A stretch of 64,000 bases of DNA, taken from an uncultured virus (IMG/VR IMGVR_UViG_3300029448_000002). Its lineage: Duplodnaviria; Heunggongvirae; Uroviricota; Caudoviricetes. Location of the stretch: IMG/VR virus record IMGVR_UViG_3300029448_000002. The stretch is one strand, 5' to 3'. The notes under the pieces are model-generated. The model saw only the letters and a program-made list of their open reading frames with translations. It was not told where the DNA came from and made no database searches. The translations under genes and the position numbers were made by a program. Numbering within the stretch: position 1 is the first letter of the stretch; each line of letters begins with the position of its first letter. This document shows, piece after piece, positions 20,701-31,551 of this stretch.

Positions 20701-21723
20701 GGCACTTAGGGGGTTATTACCCTTAATAATAAAATCACCATTTTCTCCTGTGGCTCCAAGTAAAATGTTTAATCTTTTAATTTCGTTTGGTCGAATGACA
20801 ACTTGACTTGATTGAACATCAAAACCTAGTGTTTGACCACCGACTTCCTCAAAGACAAAATCTGCGGAGATACCTTTCGACGTTCTTGATCTGTAATGAA
20901 CAGGACCGATTGGATTCGTGACTCCAAAAAGTCCCATCTCCCGGTCGGTCTGGTCAATGATAACGTATGGTGAGGCTGCGTTACCGTCAATTGTTCCTGC
21001 CGTGTTACCTCCGGCGATTTGAAGAACAGACTTCGCGGCAGAATTTCTTAAGAACTGGATAAATGAGCCAACTTCACGAATATTCGAGCCTGCATAGTTT
21101 CCATTTCTCAGATAAATCGATGCGGTGGCTCCAGTGTTTCCTACAAGTTGGATATTGGCACGACCTAAATTACCTGCTCCGTCTGTGGTCGCACCAAGAA
21201 CGAGTCCACCAGATGCACCAACGTAAAGTCTATCTCCAGTTTCACCAGTGAAGAATCTTTGAGGTTCAAATGTTGATCCCGCAGTGTTGAAAACAACAAT
21301 GTCACCATCTTGTCCAATCGTAGGAAGTTGGACAATGGCGGAAACTGTAACGTCACCTGTTGAACCATTTACGGTGCGAACAACGTTTCCATAAAGATTT
21401 GATCCAGTAAAATCAACTGTACCACCATTGAAGATTAAATTATCACCAGAGAAAGTAAGTCCACCAGTAAACTCACTACTTCCACTAATACTGTTGGGTA
21501 AAGTAAAACTTAGTTTTGCAATACCCGTGTTTGTAAGATAATCAATAGAGATTCCCGACCCAGCGGTCAACCCGTAGATTTCAAGGGGATTAATCGCATC
21601 AACCAAATCATTAGTTGTATTGAACCATACTTTGAAAGTATCAGATGTAAGAAGAGTATCTAAGGTCAATCCTTGGACTGATCCTCCTGAAAAACCGGGT
21701 GGTGGTGGATAATTATTCGACAT
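17713..21723 (-). CDS. Tail fibre/whisker-like protein with collagen-like (G-A-T)n tracts
   Basis: 1336 aa, G/T/S-rich; N-terminal [15 protein letters not shown] fibre-attachment-like motif; four GXT tracts; occupies the wac/fibre position before gp13. Confidence 0.75.
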   Translation of the reverse strand: MSNNYPPPPGFSGGSVQGLTLDTLLTSDTFKVWFNTTNDLVDAINPLEIYGLTAGSGISIDYLTNTGIAKLSFTLPNSISGSSEFTGGLTFSGDNLIFNGGTVDFTGSNLYGNVVRTVNGSTGDVTVSAIVQLPTIGQDGDIVVFNTAGSTFEPQRFFTGETGDRLYVGASGGLVLGATTDGAGNLGRANIQLVGNTGATASIYLRNGNYAGSNIREVGSFIQFLRNSAAKSVLQIAGGNTAGTIDGNAASPYVIIDQTDREMGLFGVTNPIGPVHYRSRTSKGISADFVFEEVGGQTLGFDVQSSQVVIRPNEIKRLNILLGATGENGDFIIKGNNPLSAFGTKTSFFVKQDGVVVIGGEQTSSSGDTFGSFNVASGKLFVGGTLGRDSQVLTSFGGSAGWKDLENGLSGVVVNSSKINGSTLATALQLNPGKNIILQSSFTGGTAGITINSEMRVKTGAGDDTGRTLEGFQFVGEGGIAIASGGQFLDPNDDLTYERIKIIGSGADAVSTQDVIENIKVDGSKVTNSGASFGTINFATSGPGITISSSYDASGATLNLTFEVTGTGSGVAGATGGTGSTGPAGATGSVGATGATGPTGATGATGATGATGATGATGMGGILYSFDTSGTPSSGQLTYTGTQIKIHDTNSYGVDISNFLGQVSTSNGGDLIFLQGTSGLFSLKVTGITSAANVFTFSGGATTEGGTFANGANVFFNYVRAGDGTTGATGAVGATGAVGATGATGPAGAAGSAGVAGPTGATGSTGIQGSTGNAAGFAYKVGGNPGVSAGRLNDTAAGSVHTIVLSVTSDDGQNLDTYFDAIENNQKDRLYIQGLAGSAHSSLEVTGITNTSTTYTFTGSTSRSTGTRFGTTGDEVYVYHIAGAGGTGATGNDGSTGATGSVGATGATGNAGFRYSLKKFTANTNVTPGTGELVISPSDVAGRKFIRISEVDKDGTTVTSLFTSGILEEGDTILVTCPDADTPIFFTGKISEPLDDRGTYYRIDFDTISSSGSLTTAKDAFVTFAKRGSQGAAGSVGDRGATGSSGSDGATGATGATGPAGATGSVTTFRDANTSITSGNTVAELQILGSGVDVELTYDSVNNRAKYLIYGSTTSNQTDRGFLVHELSDISLYSGDIRGLGISAAGSYIGGTEPNITDGTFFSVPFPNRVSGNYNDGYTVISNADGDYTGLTLPGLVGTGYTTGVGDSNNALVVRSANAGNTVKFTYEVALGLTGTVLGANEQALVFKVARFGSTSDTTPNAWEADLRTYRMNTRLISEMERNITIEAYDNMSTLDKRYILCVQNLGDTEVDILRATRTVETMVPRNLIDGTITNG
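18534..20015 (-). repeat. Four collagen-like Gly-X-Thr tracts separated by three related globular spacers
   Basis: GATGATGATG.. tracts near 18534-18635, 18995-19080, 19405-19560 and 19865-20015. Confidence 0.85.
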
Positions 21724-21738
21724 TCAAAAACCTCTTTA

Positions 21739-21744
21739 TATGTA
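21739..21744 (-). promoter_or_regulatory. Late promoter box variant TACATA for the fibre gene
   Basis: GATACATA right after the upstream stop, then GAGG RBS. Confidence 0.55.
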
Positions 21745-24700
21745 TCAGGTTTTAATAAGGTAATTAATTGAGACAAATGGTGGCATTTGTTCAGTAAGAT
21801 TTCCGTCGAGTTCTGCACCAGAGGCATCAACACCATCATCCACAAAGATATAATTCAATTTAGCCCTACCGGCATCGGAACTTCCGGGTCCAAAGTGATT
21901 CACTCTTTGTCTACCGTCAATGGTATATGGTCCGTCAGTCCACATATCAAATTCCCCAGCATTATCATAACCCGGTTCCCCTTCAGCGTTGAGGTGATTG
22001 TGACCCTGTAGAACATAAGAACCACCTGTTACACCAAGTTCTCTTGTTTTTGAAGGCTTGGAAAAAATCAACTCCGGACCACCGGATGTATTTTGATTCA
22101 GTCCACCAGTTGACGTAGAATTACTTCCAACACCGAGTCTACCTCTAAAATCGGGAACTCTAAATTCTCCATTTGCATTAAGTGTTTGTGCATCAGCCTC
22201 ACCTCTAGCGTATTTCTGGTCAATCGCTCCAAAAAGACTACCGAATTCATCTTGAAGATACACACCACCATCGCAAGGAAGGAAGAGTGGATTAGCACCA
22301 CCACCAGCAATTTCTTTTGGGACCTGACCATCTGATAATTGTCCAGCGTATGGGATAAGCGTTCCACTTGGAAGTGCCAAGTTTGTCAGACCAAACGCTC
22401 CAAAAGAACGTCGAATAGGAACTGCTGCCAAATATTCAATATATGGAATTCCAGACACCGTTGCAGCATCATCCGTGAAGACAATTTTTACAATATATTT
22501 TGTAAATGATAGGTTTGTAAATGTAGCAGGTTCTTCACCAGCCGCCGCACCCTCTTTGTATGTGGTGTAAATCAAACTAGTAACAGAGTCACCTCCGGGA
22601 TCTAGTGACTGAACGTTTCCACCAAGATAAAGTTGATAATATCTTGATTCGTCAATATTTTCAGATCCAACCTCGGTCCCCTGTGGTTTAACAAATACAA
22701 GCGGCACACGACCGGGGAAAAGACCATCAATGAACACGGCAATGTCATCGGCGGGTGCTGCTTCATCCATTTCAATAATTTTCGTATAATACCTCGCAAG
22801 ACCGGGAGCAGCAAGATCAGATCCTCCATCTTCAGCAATTTCGTCTACGACCTCATTTTTAACAATTCCTCCGACTGTGGCATCGTTTGAAATCATCTTT
22901 GTTGCCAAAAGAGAAACTCTATCAATGTCAATAGTCGTGGAGTGACTTGTTGAATTTTCTAAAGTGTAGGTCATTACAGGATTTGTGTAAGAGAGACGAG
23001 GACCAAATGATCTTTCAAATGTTCCATTTTCAGGAAGCGAAACATCGAATGAACCAGAATCACCACCCAAGACAATACTGTTTGTAAAGTCAGAATCAAC
23101 ATTTGGTGAGTTTGAAGCATAGAAAGTATTCGCATCAATACTTGTATCTGTCAAAGTAAACCGAGCAGTTGGTGTATTTCCTGATGTAAACACACAACTG
23201 TAAATACCAACACAGAGTCTCTTGTCAAAGTAGGGTGTGTTGGATCCTCTGTTATTTGGAAGATACAAGGCTCCAAAGTTTTCTGTTTCATTTGGATTAT
23301 TAGAAGTTCTCACAGAGAGCGAAGTATCATTCGATGACACTGCAAGTGCATAATCACCATATGGAAGATACACAGGTGAATCAAACTCAAAGTCTGTAAA
23401 TGTGTCACCGCTATCTTCAAGATTTCTCGGAGAGTCAGGTGTTGGATCCGTCAAGACTGCATCATCAACACAGGGTTGCACTTTTTCAGAGAACGGAATG
23501 ATGATCGAGGATGATGGCACACCATCAATCACAGGACGAATCGAAAGTTGAATTGGTGTTCCTGTGTCTGATGATTCATCAAACCAAAGCCTAACTTTCT
23601 TGATAAATGCACCGTTTGGGAAACCAGTCGGATCTACAGAGAAAATTTGATAAATTGGATTGATTGTGTTCAGAGTGGCATCAGATGTTGAATTAAACAG
23701 TTCATTAAAGTTTTCAAGTCTAGTATTATTTGATGTTGAAGAAACTCGCTTCACAACAGGTGGACGGATAAATGTTTCTCCATTGAGATCAGTGTTGATT
23801 GCACCCTGAGCATAGAAGAAAGCATCAGCAGAAGTTGTTGCCTCTGTAACATCACCATCAACATTGTCAGTAATCAAAAATCTCTTTTTACCAACAGTGT
23901 ATGTGTCAGATGGAAGTTCGTATGTAATGCTAACACTACCTTCTTCCGATACCACATATCCTGTTTCGTTTCCAACCTGTGCATCATCAAAGAAAAGATA
24001 AACTATAGAATTTGGTCGAAGACCTTTTGCTGTGAGGGTCACAGTCGTGGCAGGAATGTAGGGTCGAATTGAAAGATCAACAATTTTGTTTCCTAATCTT
24101 TCGACGATACGTTTTGATAACGCTCTCGCAACAAATGAAGTCTTAGAACTTTCGGTATAGGTTCGGTTGAGTGGGTTTGTGTCTTGATCGAAGGGATCAA
24201 TGCTCATTGTAGAGAACCAGTGGAACTCCCAATCTCTCCACGTTGTTCCGAATCCATTATTGCGACCTGCGATATTATTACTATCGTCTTTGATTACAAC
24301 AGAAAATTCCCAGTTATTTAATTCACCATCAAAGTTTGATGCAATTTTTGGTTTTTGTGTCTCGCTCCAGTAATTTACACAATATGGAGAGAGATCAAGT
24401 TTTCCGTAGTAATCAATGCTGCCAAATTCATTGAGCCTTTCTTTTCCGGTGCATTCAAATTCCGAAGAGAGAACAGCCTCGGTGTGATCGGAGATGATGA
24501 GATCGCCATTGATCGTGGCTCCAGAAACATCACTTACAGTTGGTGTATTGATGCCAACACTTGAACTTACAAATGGTGGTCGAAGTCTGTTTCTCACGGG
24601 ATCGATAGAGGCATTGTAGTTGACTCGCGTAAGGTCTGCGTTACCGTGTCCAATAAATTCGTCAACAAAAACACCAGTCAAAGAGACGGGTGCAACATTT

Positions 24701-27336
24701 TCAAGACTTTTTGCTCTATTGGTGGCATCATTAATAAGTTGTCTCGTGTAATTGAATTCAGAATCAAGTTGCTGTGTTTTTTCAAGTTCACCGATCTCTT
24801 TCATTGTGAATCGTTGATTGTCGATGTATTCAATACGAATGTCTTCGGGTGTTGTTGCGTATGCAGGAACAATCAATCTATACAATTCCATATCGTTTGG
24901 AGAAACGTATGGAGGTTCGGGGAAGTTTGAAAGTTCTCCTTGAATAAGTTTGAATGTTCTGTCTTGAGTCAAAACAACACTGTCAATTCTTGCGGCATAG
25001 TTGACTGTCACAATATCACCGTTACCCGGATCAATAACCGGATCACAGTTGTTAGGATTAAGTGGATCGATGCTGTAATTAAATGATCCATCGATACCTG
25101 AAATTGTAGAAACAACTTCATCTGCTCGGAAATCAATAAATTCTGTTAATTTGTGACCATTAAATTTTGGAACATCTTTAGTAGCAACATTAGAGTAACT
25201 ATCAACGGTGAACGGTCCATTGGATCCTGAACGCTCATACTTTTTAAATGTCACAGTCATCGTCGCACCATCAGCAGGTGCGGTTGCATTTGCTTTAAGT
25301 GAAAGAGTAGATTCAAGATAGGCTTCCTCTGTCTGTCCGTCATTCAATACAAAATCATCAATAACGTTAAGACCTGTATCGGTATTGATAATACTTGTGA
25401 CCTCTTTGACATCAACTGCACCAAGTCTAATTTCGCTTGTTGCATCTGTAAACGTAAGGCTTGATGTGATGTCACCACTAAGCGTTTTGGTTCTTACCGC
25501 AGACTTATCAGTAATATTGATTGGCAAAAATGCGACAAAAGAACTGTTTGAAAATTCCGCACCCACAGAAATTGAGATCGTATTATTTGCCGAGTTTACC
25601 GAAAAGTCATCTGATCTGATGATAGAACTTTCACCAGATGAATTTCTCAATAACAAAGTGGGACCAATTAAAGATCCGTTTACTCTTCCCTTAAATCCTG
25701 CGAATGTTCTTCTACCATCAAGAGTTTGAATGACTGCATTACCCTGTGCATTTACCTGTCCTGTAAATGTTCTAATACCCTCAAGGTTGACAGGGTTAGA
25801 AAGGTTTTTTACACCGCTACCAACTTTGAAAAGTCTTCTTGATGAACCAGACTGAATTAATCTTTGAGCGTTGTCAAAAGTGATGAGGTTATTGTCCGTA
25901 TTGAGAGGATCAGTTGTCCTATCAGAGATGTAAGCAATATCAGATGGTTTTTTACCACTATTGAATGAAATATTTGCAACGTACATTCTCACAGGCTGTG
26001 TTCCTGTACCAGCCTTTCTTGCAATGTGAAGCGGGTTAAATGAGCCAATGATGTTCACTCCGGCGTCGTACATAAACATTCTTGTTGACCGCAAGAAAAC
26101 GTTTGATGTATCAGTCAGTAGATTTTTGATTGCACCATTTGTGAATTCAAAGAACGATCCAAGTTGTCTACTATATTGATTTACATTTTCAATAGTCGCC
26201 AGAGAGTTTGGATATGGAGACTCAAGTTTTGTATTTGCAATAGTTTCAAATTCAAATCCACGAACGTAGGCTTTGCCCGGAGCAAGAATCACACCAAACT
26301 TGGTAGAGTCAGAAGAGCCAAACGTATTTAAATAAGTGTCTGTTTCGGCAGGAAAAGGAATGACTGTGTAATGTCCAGATTCATCATACGTCCTGCGAGC
26401 CAGTGTTTTTTCAAGTTCTGCGTATTCAGGATACTTAATCTTTTTGGTTGACTTATTATCAACGATACGAATCAATTCAACGTAAGAGCCACCAGTAGTG
26501 CCAAGGACGCTGTAACCACTAGAGTTTGTTCCGGTCAACCCTCTCTGTGACATTTTGAGATCAATCTTGTAGCGATCTGCACCGGGAGCGTTAAAGTTAT
26601 TGAAACCGAATGAAGGGTCACGAAGGCTAGAGTCATCATCGACAGAGACAATACTTCTGTTTACATCAAACCCAACAGAAATTGTATTTTGTGAAAAATC
26701 TCTGTAGGAAGCAGTGGAACCATTTCTAACCGTATTGTATGGTGCGTATCCTTGAGAATCATTTTTATTAAAATAGCCATCGACATAGTATACGCCGGGG
26801 TTCACAGAGACAAAGTTGGCAACAGTTCCAACTCCGGGTGCAGTCACACCAGACAAAGATGTGATCGAAACACCAATATTGTTTGTGCCAACAGTTTCAA
26901 TCGATTGATTTTGTTGAAAGGATCCGGGAGTCAAATATTGACAAAACAATACCTGATAAGCATCATCAACAAAATTTACTTTATCCGCAAAGCCGACAAC
27001 TTTTGCGTCTGTAGTAATGTTTCCGGATGATGCTCGAATGGTTTGACCAACCATACTTTCGAGGACGCTTTCGGTCAATTCTGTGTTGGGAGAAATGCGA
27101 ATAAACGCAGCCTTCGATGTCGAAACTTCTCCACCTAAAACGACAGAGCCATTCTTAAAGATATGATTACCAAATCTTTCGATTTGATTTTGAAGAATGC
27201 TTTGAAGTTGGGAAAGTTCGCGGGCTTGAACAGGGAACCCCGGCTTAAACATCATTTGAAGAAATTTTTTATCTTCGTCAAAGTCATTGAAGTAGGGGGT
27301 TCCGCCCATAGTTCCTTTATTGTATGCCGTCATCAT
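21745..27336 (-). CDS. Large virion structural protein (DUF4815/VrlC-like) with C-terminal tail-collar domain
   Basis: PYFNDFDEDKKF..FKPGFPVQARELSQLQSILQNQIE, APGADRYKI, LARRTYDESG; C-terminal PSGTLIPYAG..CDG..FRVPDFRGR..MPPFVSINYLIKT collar motif. Confidence 0.85.
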   Translation of the reverse strand: MMTAYNKGTMGGTPYFNDFDEDKKFLQMMFKPGFPVQARELSQLQSILQNQIERFGNHIFKNGSVVLGGEVSTSKAAFIRISPNTELTESVLESMVGQTIRASSGNITTDAKVVGFADKVNFVDDAYQVLFCQYLTPGSFQQNQSIETVGTNNIGVSITSLSGVTAPGVGTVANFVSVNPGVYYVDGYFNKNDSQGYAPYNTVRNGSTASYRDFSQNTISVGFDVNRSIVSVDDDSSLRDPSFGFNNFNAPGADRYKIDLKMSQRGLTGTNSSGYSVLGTTGGSYVELIRIVDNKSTKKIKYPEYAELEKTLARRTYDESGHYTVIPFPAETDTYLNTFGSSDSTKFGVILAPGKAYVRGFEFETIANTKLESPYPNSLATIENVNQYSRQLGSFFEFTNGAIKNLLTDTSNVFLRSTRMFMYDAGVNIIGSFNPLHIARKAGTGTQPVRMYVANISFNSGKKPSDIAYISDRTTDPLNTDNNLITFDNAQRLIQSGSSRRLFKVGSGVKNLSNPVNLEGIRTFTGQVNAQGNAVIQTLDGRRTFAGFKGRVNGSLIGPTLLLRNSSGESSIIRSDDFSVNSANNTISISVGAEFSNSSFVAFLPINITDKSAVRTKTLSGDITSSLTFTDATSEIRLGAVDVKEVTSIINTDTGLNVIDDFVLNDGQTEEAYLESTLSLKANATAPADGATMTVTFKKYERSGSNGPFTVDSYSNVATKDVPKFNGHKLTEFIDFRADEVVSTISGIDGSFNYSIDPLNPNNCDPVIDPGNGDIVTVNYAARIDSVVLTQDRTFKLIQGELSNFPEPPYVSPNDMELYRLIVPAYATTPEDIRIEYIDNQRFTMKEIGELEKTQQLDSEFNYTRQLINDATNRAKSLENVAPVSLTGVFVDEFIGHGNADLTRVNYNASIDPVRNRLRPPFVSSSVGINTPTVSDVSGATINGDLIISDHTEAVLSSEFECTGKERLNEFGSIDYYGKLDLSPYCVNYWSETQKPKIASNFDGELNNWEFSVVIKDDSNNIAGRNNGFGTTWRDWEFHWFSTMSIDPFDQDTNPLNRTYTESSKTSFVARALSKRIVERLGNKIVDLSIRPYIPATTVTLTAKGLRPNSIVYLFFDDAQVGNETGYVVSEEGSVSITYELPSDTYTVGKKRFLITDNVDGDVTEATTSADAFFYAQGAINTDLNGETFIRPPVVKRVSSTSNNTRLENFNELFNSTSDATLNTINPIYQIFSVDPTGFPNGAFIKKVRLWFDESSDTGTPIQLSIRPVIDGVPSSSIIIPFSEKVQPCVDDAVLTDPTPDSPRNLEDSGDTFTDFEFDSPVYLPYGDYALAVSSNDTSLSVRTSNNPNETENFGALYLPNNRGSNTPYFDKRLCVGIYSCVFTSGNTPTARFTLTDTSIDANTFYASNSPNVDSDFTNSIVLGGDSGSFDVSLPENGTFERSFGPRLSYTNPVMTYTLENSTSHSTTIDIDRVSLLATKMISNDATVGGIVKNEVVDEIAEDGGSDLAAPGLARYYTKIIEMDEAAPADDIAVFIDGLFPGRVPLVFVKPQGTEVGSENIDESRYYQLYLGGNVQSLDPGGDSVTSLIYTTYKEGAAAGEEPATFTNLSFTKYIVKIVFTDDAATVSGIPYIEYLAAVPIRRSFGAFGLTNLALPSGTLIPYAGQLSDGQVPKEIAGGGANPLFLPCDGGVYLQDEFGSLFGAIDQKYARGEADAQTLNANGEFRVPDFRGRLGVGSNSTSTGGLNQNTSGGPELIFSKPSKTRELGVTGGSYVLQGHNHLNAEGEPGYDNAGEFDMWTDGPYTIDGRQRVNHFGPGSSDAGRAKLNYIFVDDGVDASGAELDGNLTEQMPPFVSINYLIKT

Positions 27337-27345
27337 TTCCCCTTA

Positions 27346-29307
27346 TTAGAAATTAAAGATAAGTTTGATAAATTCAGATTGCTCTGCGACTCTGCTTACA
27401 CTTTCGCCCAGTCCTTGTATGTATACCATTTCTCCAGACTTGGTATCAAATTGCGGATCGATAACTTCTGTCACAGTGCCGATCAAACCTCCTCCACCAA
27501 CTCGATCAATAGTGAAGGTGTCACCTACACCAAATCCATAAGTCAATCCCCTCACATCAAGATCGGTCACAAAAACTTCAAACTCATCGTCGCCCGGAAG
27601 ATTTCTAACTGACACTACTTTTCCCTCGCCCCGTCTTTCATTACTTTCAATTTTTCCATCAAACTTTGCTCTGTTTTCAGCATCAGTAATACCTGTCGCT
27701 TTAAGACCAAGTGTTCCTCTAAAAGCAGTTTTTGAAACGCTCAGTTGTGTATCTTCAAATCTTGTTTGAAACACCTTAAGTTTCTTCTCTAATTGCGTAA
27801 ACGTTCCATCTCTTTTATTTGCTGCAAGAACAGTCAGAATTTCATCATTAATAAAAGGCTTCGCCATATTTTTGACAACGATCTCGCCAGAAACCTCTGA
27901 CCCAGTATCAAGTGATAAAGGACCATCCAACTCACCGACTACACCGGAAAGATTTCCAATCACGGTATAAACTTTGTTTGGATCATCAAGACCAAACCCA
28001 ACAAGACTTCCTGTTGCAGAAACCTCACGAACGAGGACCGTGGTTTTTCTAAAATCGTCAAAGTTAAGTAATTTACCACCATCTTCAAGATCAGTAGTAA
28101 TTTTTGGATTCTTAAGAATCGCAATGTTGATAAAATCGTTTCCGACACCAGATGCCTCATCGCTTGATAAATCCAGACTGCCTTCAAATTTTACACCGAT
28201 TGCGGCTTGGCTTGCTGCAAGTTCTGTGATTGCATCTTTTCCGATTGGATCAAAAATGAGAGGATTCAAAGTATAGTCAAATAATTGATTGATGACGGAA
28301 AATGAGGTGCTTGCCGTTGTGTAATTTTCTCCGGGACTATGCACGACAATATTTTCAATTGTCTTGTCATTTTTTAGTGATCCAAAGGCTTCTGCGTTTC
28401 TTCCGTCGCCATCTATATTAATTATTGGACCAATCTCAAACAAATCACCCGGCTTTGGAATTTGATTGTCCGGAAGTCTTATCCCAAATGTGACTTCATT
28501 GTTGTTAATACCCTTGATTTTACGAACAACTCCGCTCGCAACACCACTCAAGAATCTCATACCGTACTCTTCACTCCCCACCGGCACGTTTTGATTAACG
28601 ATCACTGTTTTTTTGTCACCCAAAACAACTGATACTTGATTAGAACTACTTCTGGGCAAGCCTGAATCAAAAACTAAATTACCAGTGCCTCTTGTGATAC
28701 TAATTCCAGAAATAGATCCAGAATTACCATCTAAGTTTGCCTCGTATTGAACTTCATATTGGTTTTGATCAGTGTTTTCGTATGCGTTGGCGATTCTTTC
28801 GTAAAACGGTAATTGTTTTACAGGAATATAATTCTTATCAACAAAGTCCTCCAAGCCTGACGGAATAGTGTAAAGAAATTTCCACTCAAAACCATCTGAC
28901 AAAACAATAGGATCTGTGCTTGTTCCGTTTGGCTGAATATCTGAGCCAGTTTCATTGCCATTGTTTTCAAGACAAATGTATACATTTTTTGTAGAATCGT
29001 CATAAACATAAAATGGCTTTGTGAGAGTGCTTGTGTCAGTATTAGATGAAATCTTATCCATCGAAATTCCTTCGACCCAATCATATCTCGGAATCAAGAC
29101 GGTGGACGCACTTGCTTCGATACGTTTTGCAACAATCATATTTCGTCTGACAGATGCTTCGTTTTCATCAGTACGCTGATCCGTCGTTGATCCAGTGATA
29201 CCGGAAAGACACATAAAAAATTTATCCTCTGCAAGAGGACCGAACTGACTCACAAAGTTTTTTGCAAGTTGACCTTTGAATTGATAATCGTAAGTTACGC
29301 CGGACAT
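27346..29307 (-). CDS. gp8: Baseplate wedge gp8-like
   Basis: IPRYDW, FYVY..NVYICLENNG, DGFEWKFLYTI, C-terminal SGEMVYI..Q.E.IKLIFNF. Confidence 0.85.
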   Translation of the reverse strand: MSGVTYDYQFKGQLAKNFVSQFGPLAEDKFFMCLSGITGSTTDQRTDENEASVRRNMIVAKRIEASASTVLIPRYDWVEGISMDKISSNTDTSTLTKPFYVYDDSTKNVYICLENNGNETGSDIQPNGTSTDPIVLSDGFEWKFLYTIPSGLEDFVDKNYIPVKQLPFYERIANAYENTDQNQYEVQYEANLDGNSGSISGISITRGTGNLVFDSGLPRSSSNQVSVVLGDKKTVIVNQNVPVGSEEYGMRFLSGVASGVVRKIKGINNNEVTFGIRLPDNQIPKPGDLFEIGPIINIDGDGRNAEAFGSLKNDKTIENIVVHSPGENYTTASTSFSVINQLFDYTLNPLIFDPIGKDAITELAASQAAIGVKFEGSLDLSSDEASGVGNDFINIAILKNPKITTDLEDGGKLLNFDDFRKTTVLVREVSATGSLVGFGLDDPNKVYTVIGNLSGVVGELDGPLSLDTGSEVSGEIVVKNMAKPFINDEILTVLAANKRDGTFTQLEKKLKVFQTRFEDTQLSVSKTAFRGTLGLKATGITDAENRAKFDGKIESNERRGEGKVVSVRNLPGDDEFEVFVTDLDVRGLTYGFGVGDTFTIDRVGGGGLIGTVTEVIDPQFDTKSGEMVYIQGLGESVSRVAEQSEFIKLIFNF

Positions 29308-29319
29308 AAGAACTCCATT

Positions 29320-31551
29320 TTATGTATCAAGTTTTGGTACACTCATTTTATCAAGGAAGTCTGAGATACGAACATTACCAAACTCCATATCTTCTTGCAC
29401 AGAAGAAACAATCGGAAGAGATGCAGAAGCCGAGTCTCCTAAAATTGTAAACGAGTCTCCGTCATCGGCAAAAACCTTTACACTACCTTGAGATGTAAAA
29501 CTTCCGCTTTTTACCTTTACAGTAAGAACCGTATTGTTGAAACCTACTACACCACTTCCTACTGATGATGTAGTTGAAAGTAAAGGATTGACTGTAAATT
29601 TGTTTTGTGGTGCTGATGCAGTTACCTTTCGCTCTTTGGCTGCTGGTGTTCGAGAAAAGTCTTTGCTTTTCACAGCAGTGACTTCACCTAATGCTGTTAC
29701 TTGACCGGAAACCGTTTGAGTTAATTCATCACCAACTTGTATAGAACCAGAGATACCGCTGATTGTCATATCAACACTCTGCAAACGAATTCTGACTTTT
29801 CCTCTGGAAGAAGCAAACTCATACTTATTGTTGATTTTTGACAACTCATCGTCCGTTCTGTTTTCTTTAAACAAAGTTCTTGGGTGACGGTAAATAATGT
29901 ACCCACCACTAAATCCCTGACCAAATCTTTGAGCGTCACTCGCTGTCATTGGAATTTGTGTTTTTGGTGCGACATCATATCCAATTTCTCTCTCAGATTC
30001 ATTTAATACACTTTGAATATATTCTGGACTGATATTCTCATCACCTGCATAAACACCGTTTCCAATCGGGACGATTTGATTCGTGTAAGGAAAAACCAAA
30101 TTTGGTGCAACATCTGGATCACTACCCGTAAATGTCAGAGGTGATTCTGTAATTCCACCCCACCCATTTGGGTAAAAATCGCCAAAACTTCCCCCAAGAG
30201 TATCGCCCCTAAAGTCAGATGTTGTAGAAATCGTGTATGGGAGATAATTTCCGATCAATGGCACGACAAAGGTGTCTTGATCGATTTCATCTTTAGTAAG
30301 ATTTGAAGTAAACCCAGCGATGTTGAGATTTGTGGTCGTCTCATATCGTCCCAGCATCATACTTCCTGCGGGATGAAAAACTTTCTTTACAATATCCGCG
30401 TATTGTTTTAATGATTTTTCTGCTGAGATTGTATATGAAAATTGTTGATAGTTAAAGTTGTTTTGAATGACAGAAGAAGATGACAAAAGTGAGCGATTGC
30501 TTTCAAACACATTTTCATCCACAATCTCTCCACGCCCACCGAGAATATTTAAGGAAGCACCAGTGCCTCCTGCCGTCAAAATCTCAACAGAAAGATTTGA
30601 GTCAACCGTGAAAATCCTTACAGGTTTTCCAATTGGCTTTGAAATTGATCTAATCTCACCAAGCGTGGATACATTGTCTACTTTTAACTTGGAAACAATT
30701 TTTTTGCCTTCTTTGATGAGAACAGTGTCGTTGAGAGCATAGCCGGATCCGTCCTGAGTGATACCACCTACCAAACTAGGTTTCACTTCTGAAACCAGAT
30801 CAAACACTGTTTCTTTAATAGTCGAATCATTTTCTAAAATGACTTTGAAGTTTGGTAAAAACTCACCGACTCTATTTTTTAAAACAATTTCTGCGTAATC
30901 AACTTTGGTTGCTGTGTCAAACCGAAAAATAATATTATCAATATCAGCAGAGGCGTTGATTGGACTCTTCCCATCAAATTCATTTTTACGCTGGTAGACC
31001 CTTGCACCAATGAAGTCCTTGAGTGTTGACCTAGAGTTTGAAAGAGTGGTGTATATCGAAACCGAGTTAGAATAGTCTGAGTCTGAGAGTCTAAAAATTC
31101 TATCCCGAAGATATTCTACGTTGGCTTCTTTGTCATACAGGAGTCTAAACAAAAACTCAACTGCCTCGGAGTTGCCTTTGTTTTGGTAATAGTCTTTAAC
31201 TTTTTTGATCGCCAAGTCTTCATTGACTCCACTAGAAAATTCTTTGGGGAAATTTTGAAGATATGTCTCTCTGAAATATTTCTCAAATGAATCTAATGTC
31301 TGATCAAAATCTGTGTAGGTGTTGATTCTTACGGCTTCTGCCCGTGAGTTTCCTTGCTGCTCGGTGTATTCCAAAAAAGCCTTCATAAAGGCAACAAAGG
31401 TCGGGTGGTCGTTTACAACAAAATCTGGAAGAAACTGCTCTGCCAAAACAGAAAAGCGTTCGTCAATTGATAACGGACCAGTCGCACCAAACGTTGGCTC
31501 AGAGAATGCCTGTAAGGGAAGAAGTAAGGAACCACCATACGCGAGTGACAT
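29320..31551 (-). CDS. Baseplate wedge gp7-like protein
   Basis: LPDFVVNDHPTFVAFMKAFLEY, YYQNKG..FLFRLLY, IQNNFNYQQFSYTI, VFHPAG; between gp6 and gp8. Confidence 0.7.
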   Translation of the reverse strand: MSLAYGGSLLLPLQAFSEPTFGATGPLSIDERFSVLAEQFLPDFVVNDHPTFVAFMKAFLEYTEQQGNSRAEAVRINTYTDFDQTLDSFEKYFRETYLQNFPKEFSSGVNEDLAIKKVKDYYQNKGNSEAVEFLFRLLYDKEANVEYLRDRIFRLSDSDYSNSVSIYTTLSNSRSTLKDFIGARVYQRKNEFDGKSPINASADIDNIIFRFDTATKVDYAEIVLKNRVGEFLPNFKVILENDSTIKETVFDLVSEVKPSLVGGITQDGSGYALNDTVLIKEGKKIVSKLKVDNVSTLGEIRSISKPIGKPVRIFTVDSNLSVEILTAGGTGASLNILGGRGEIVDENVFESNRSLLSSSSVIQNNFNYQQFSYTISAEKSLKQYADIVKKVFHPAGSMMLGRYETTTNLNIAGFTSNLTKDEIDQDTFVVPLIGNYLPYTISTTSDFRGDTLGGSFGDFYPNGWGGITESPLTFTGSDPDVAPNLVFPYTNQIVPIGNGVYAGDENISPEYIQSVLNESEREIGYDVAPKTQIPMTASDAQRFGQGFSGGYIIYRHPRTLFKENRTDDELSKINNKYEFASSRGKVRIRLQSVDMTISGISGSIQVGDELTQTVSGQVTALGEVTAVKSKDFSRTPAAKERKVTASAPQNKFTVNPLLSTTSSVGSGVVGFNNTVLTVKVKSGSFTSQGSVKVFADDGDSFTILGDSASASLPIVSSVQEDMEFGNVRISDFLDKMSVPKLDT
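29321..29326 (-). promoter_or_regulatory. Late promoter box variant TACATA for gp8
   Basis: GATACATA overlapping the upstream stop, then GGAG RBS. Confidence 0.5.
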
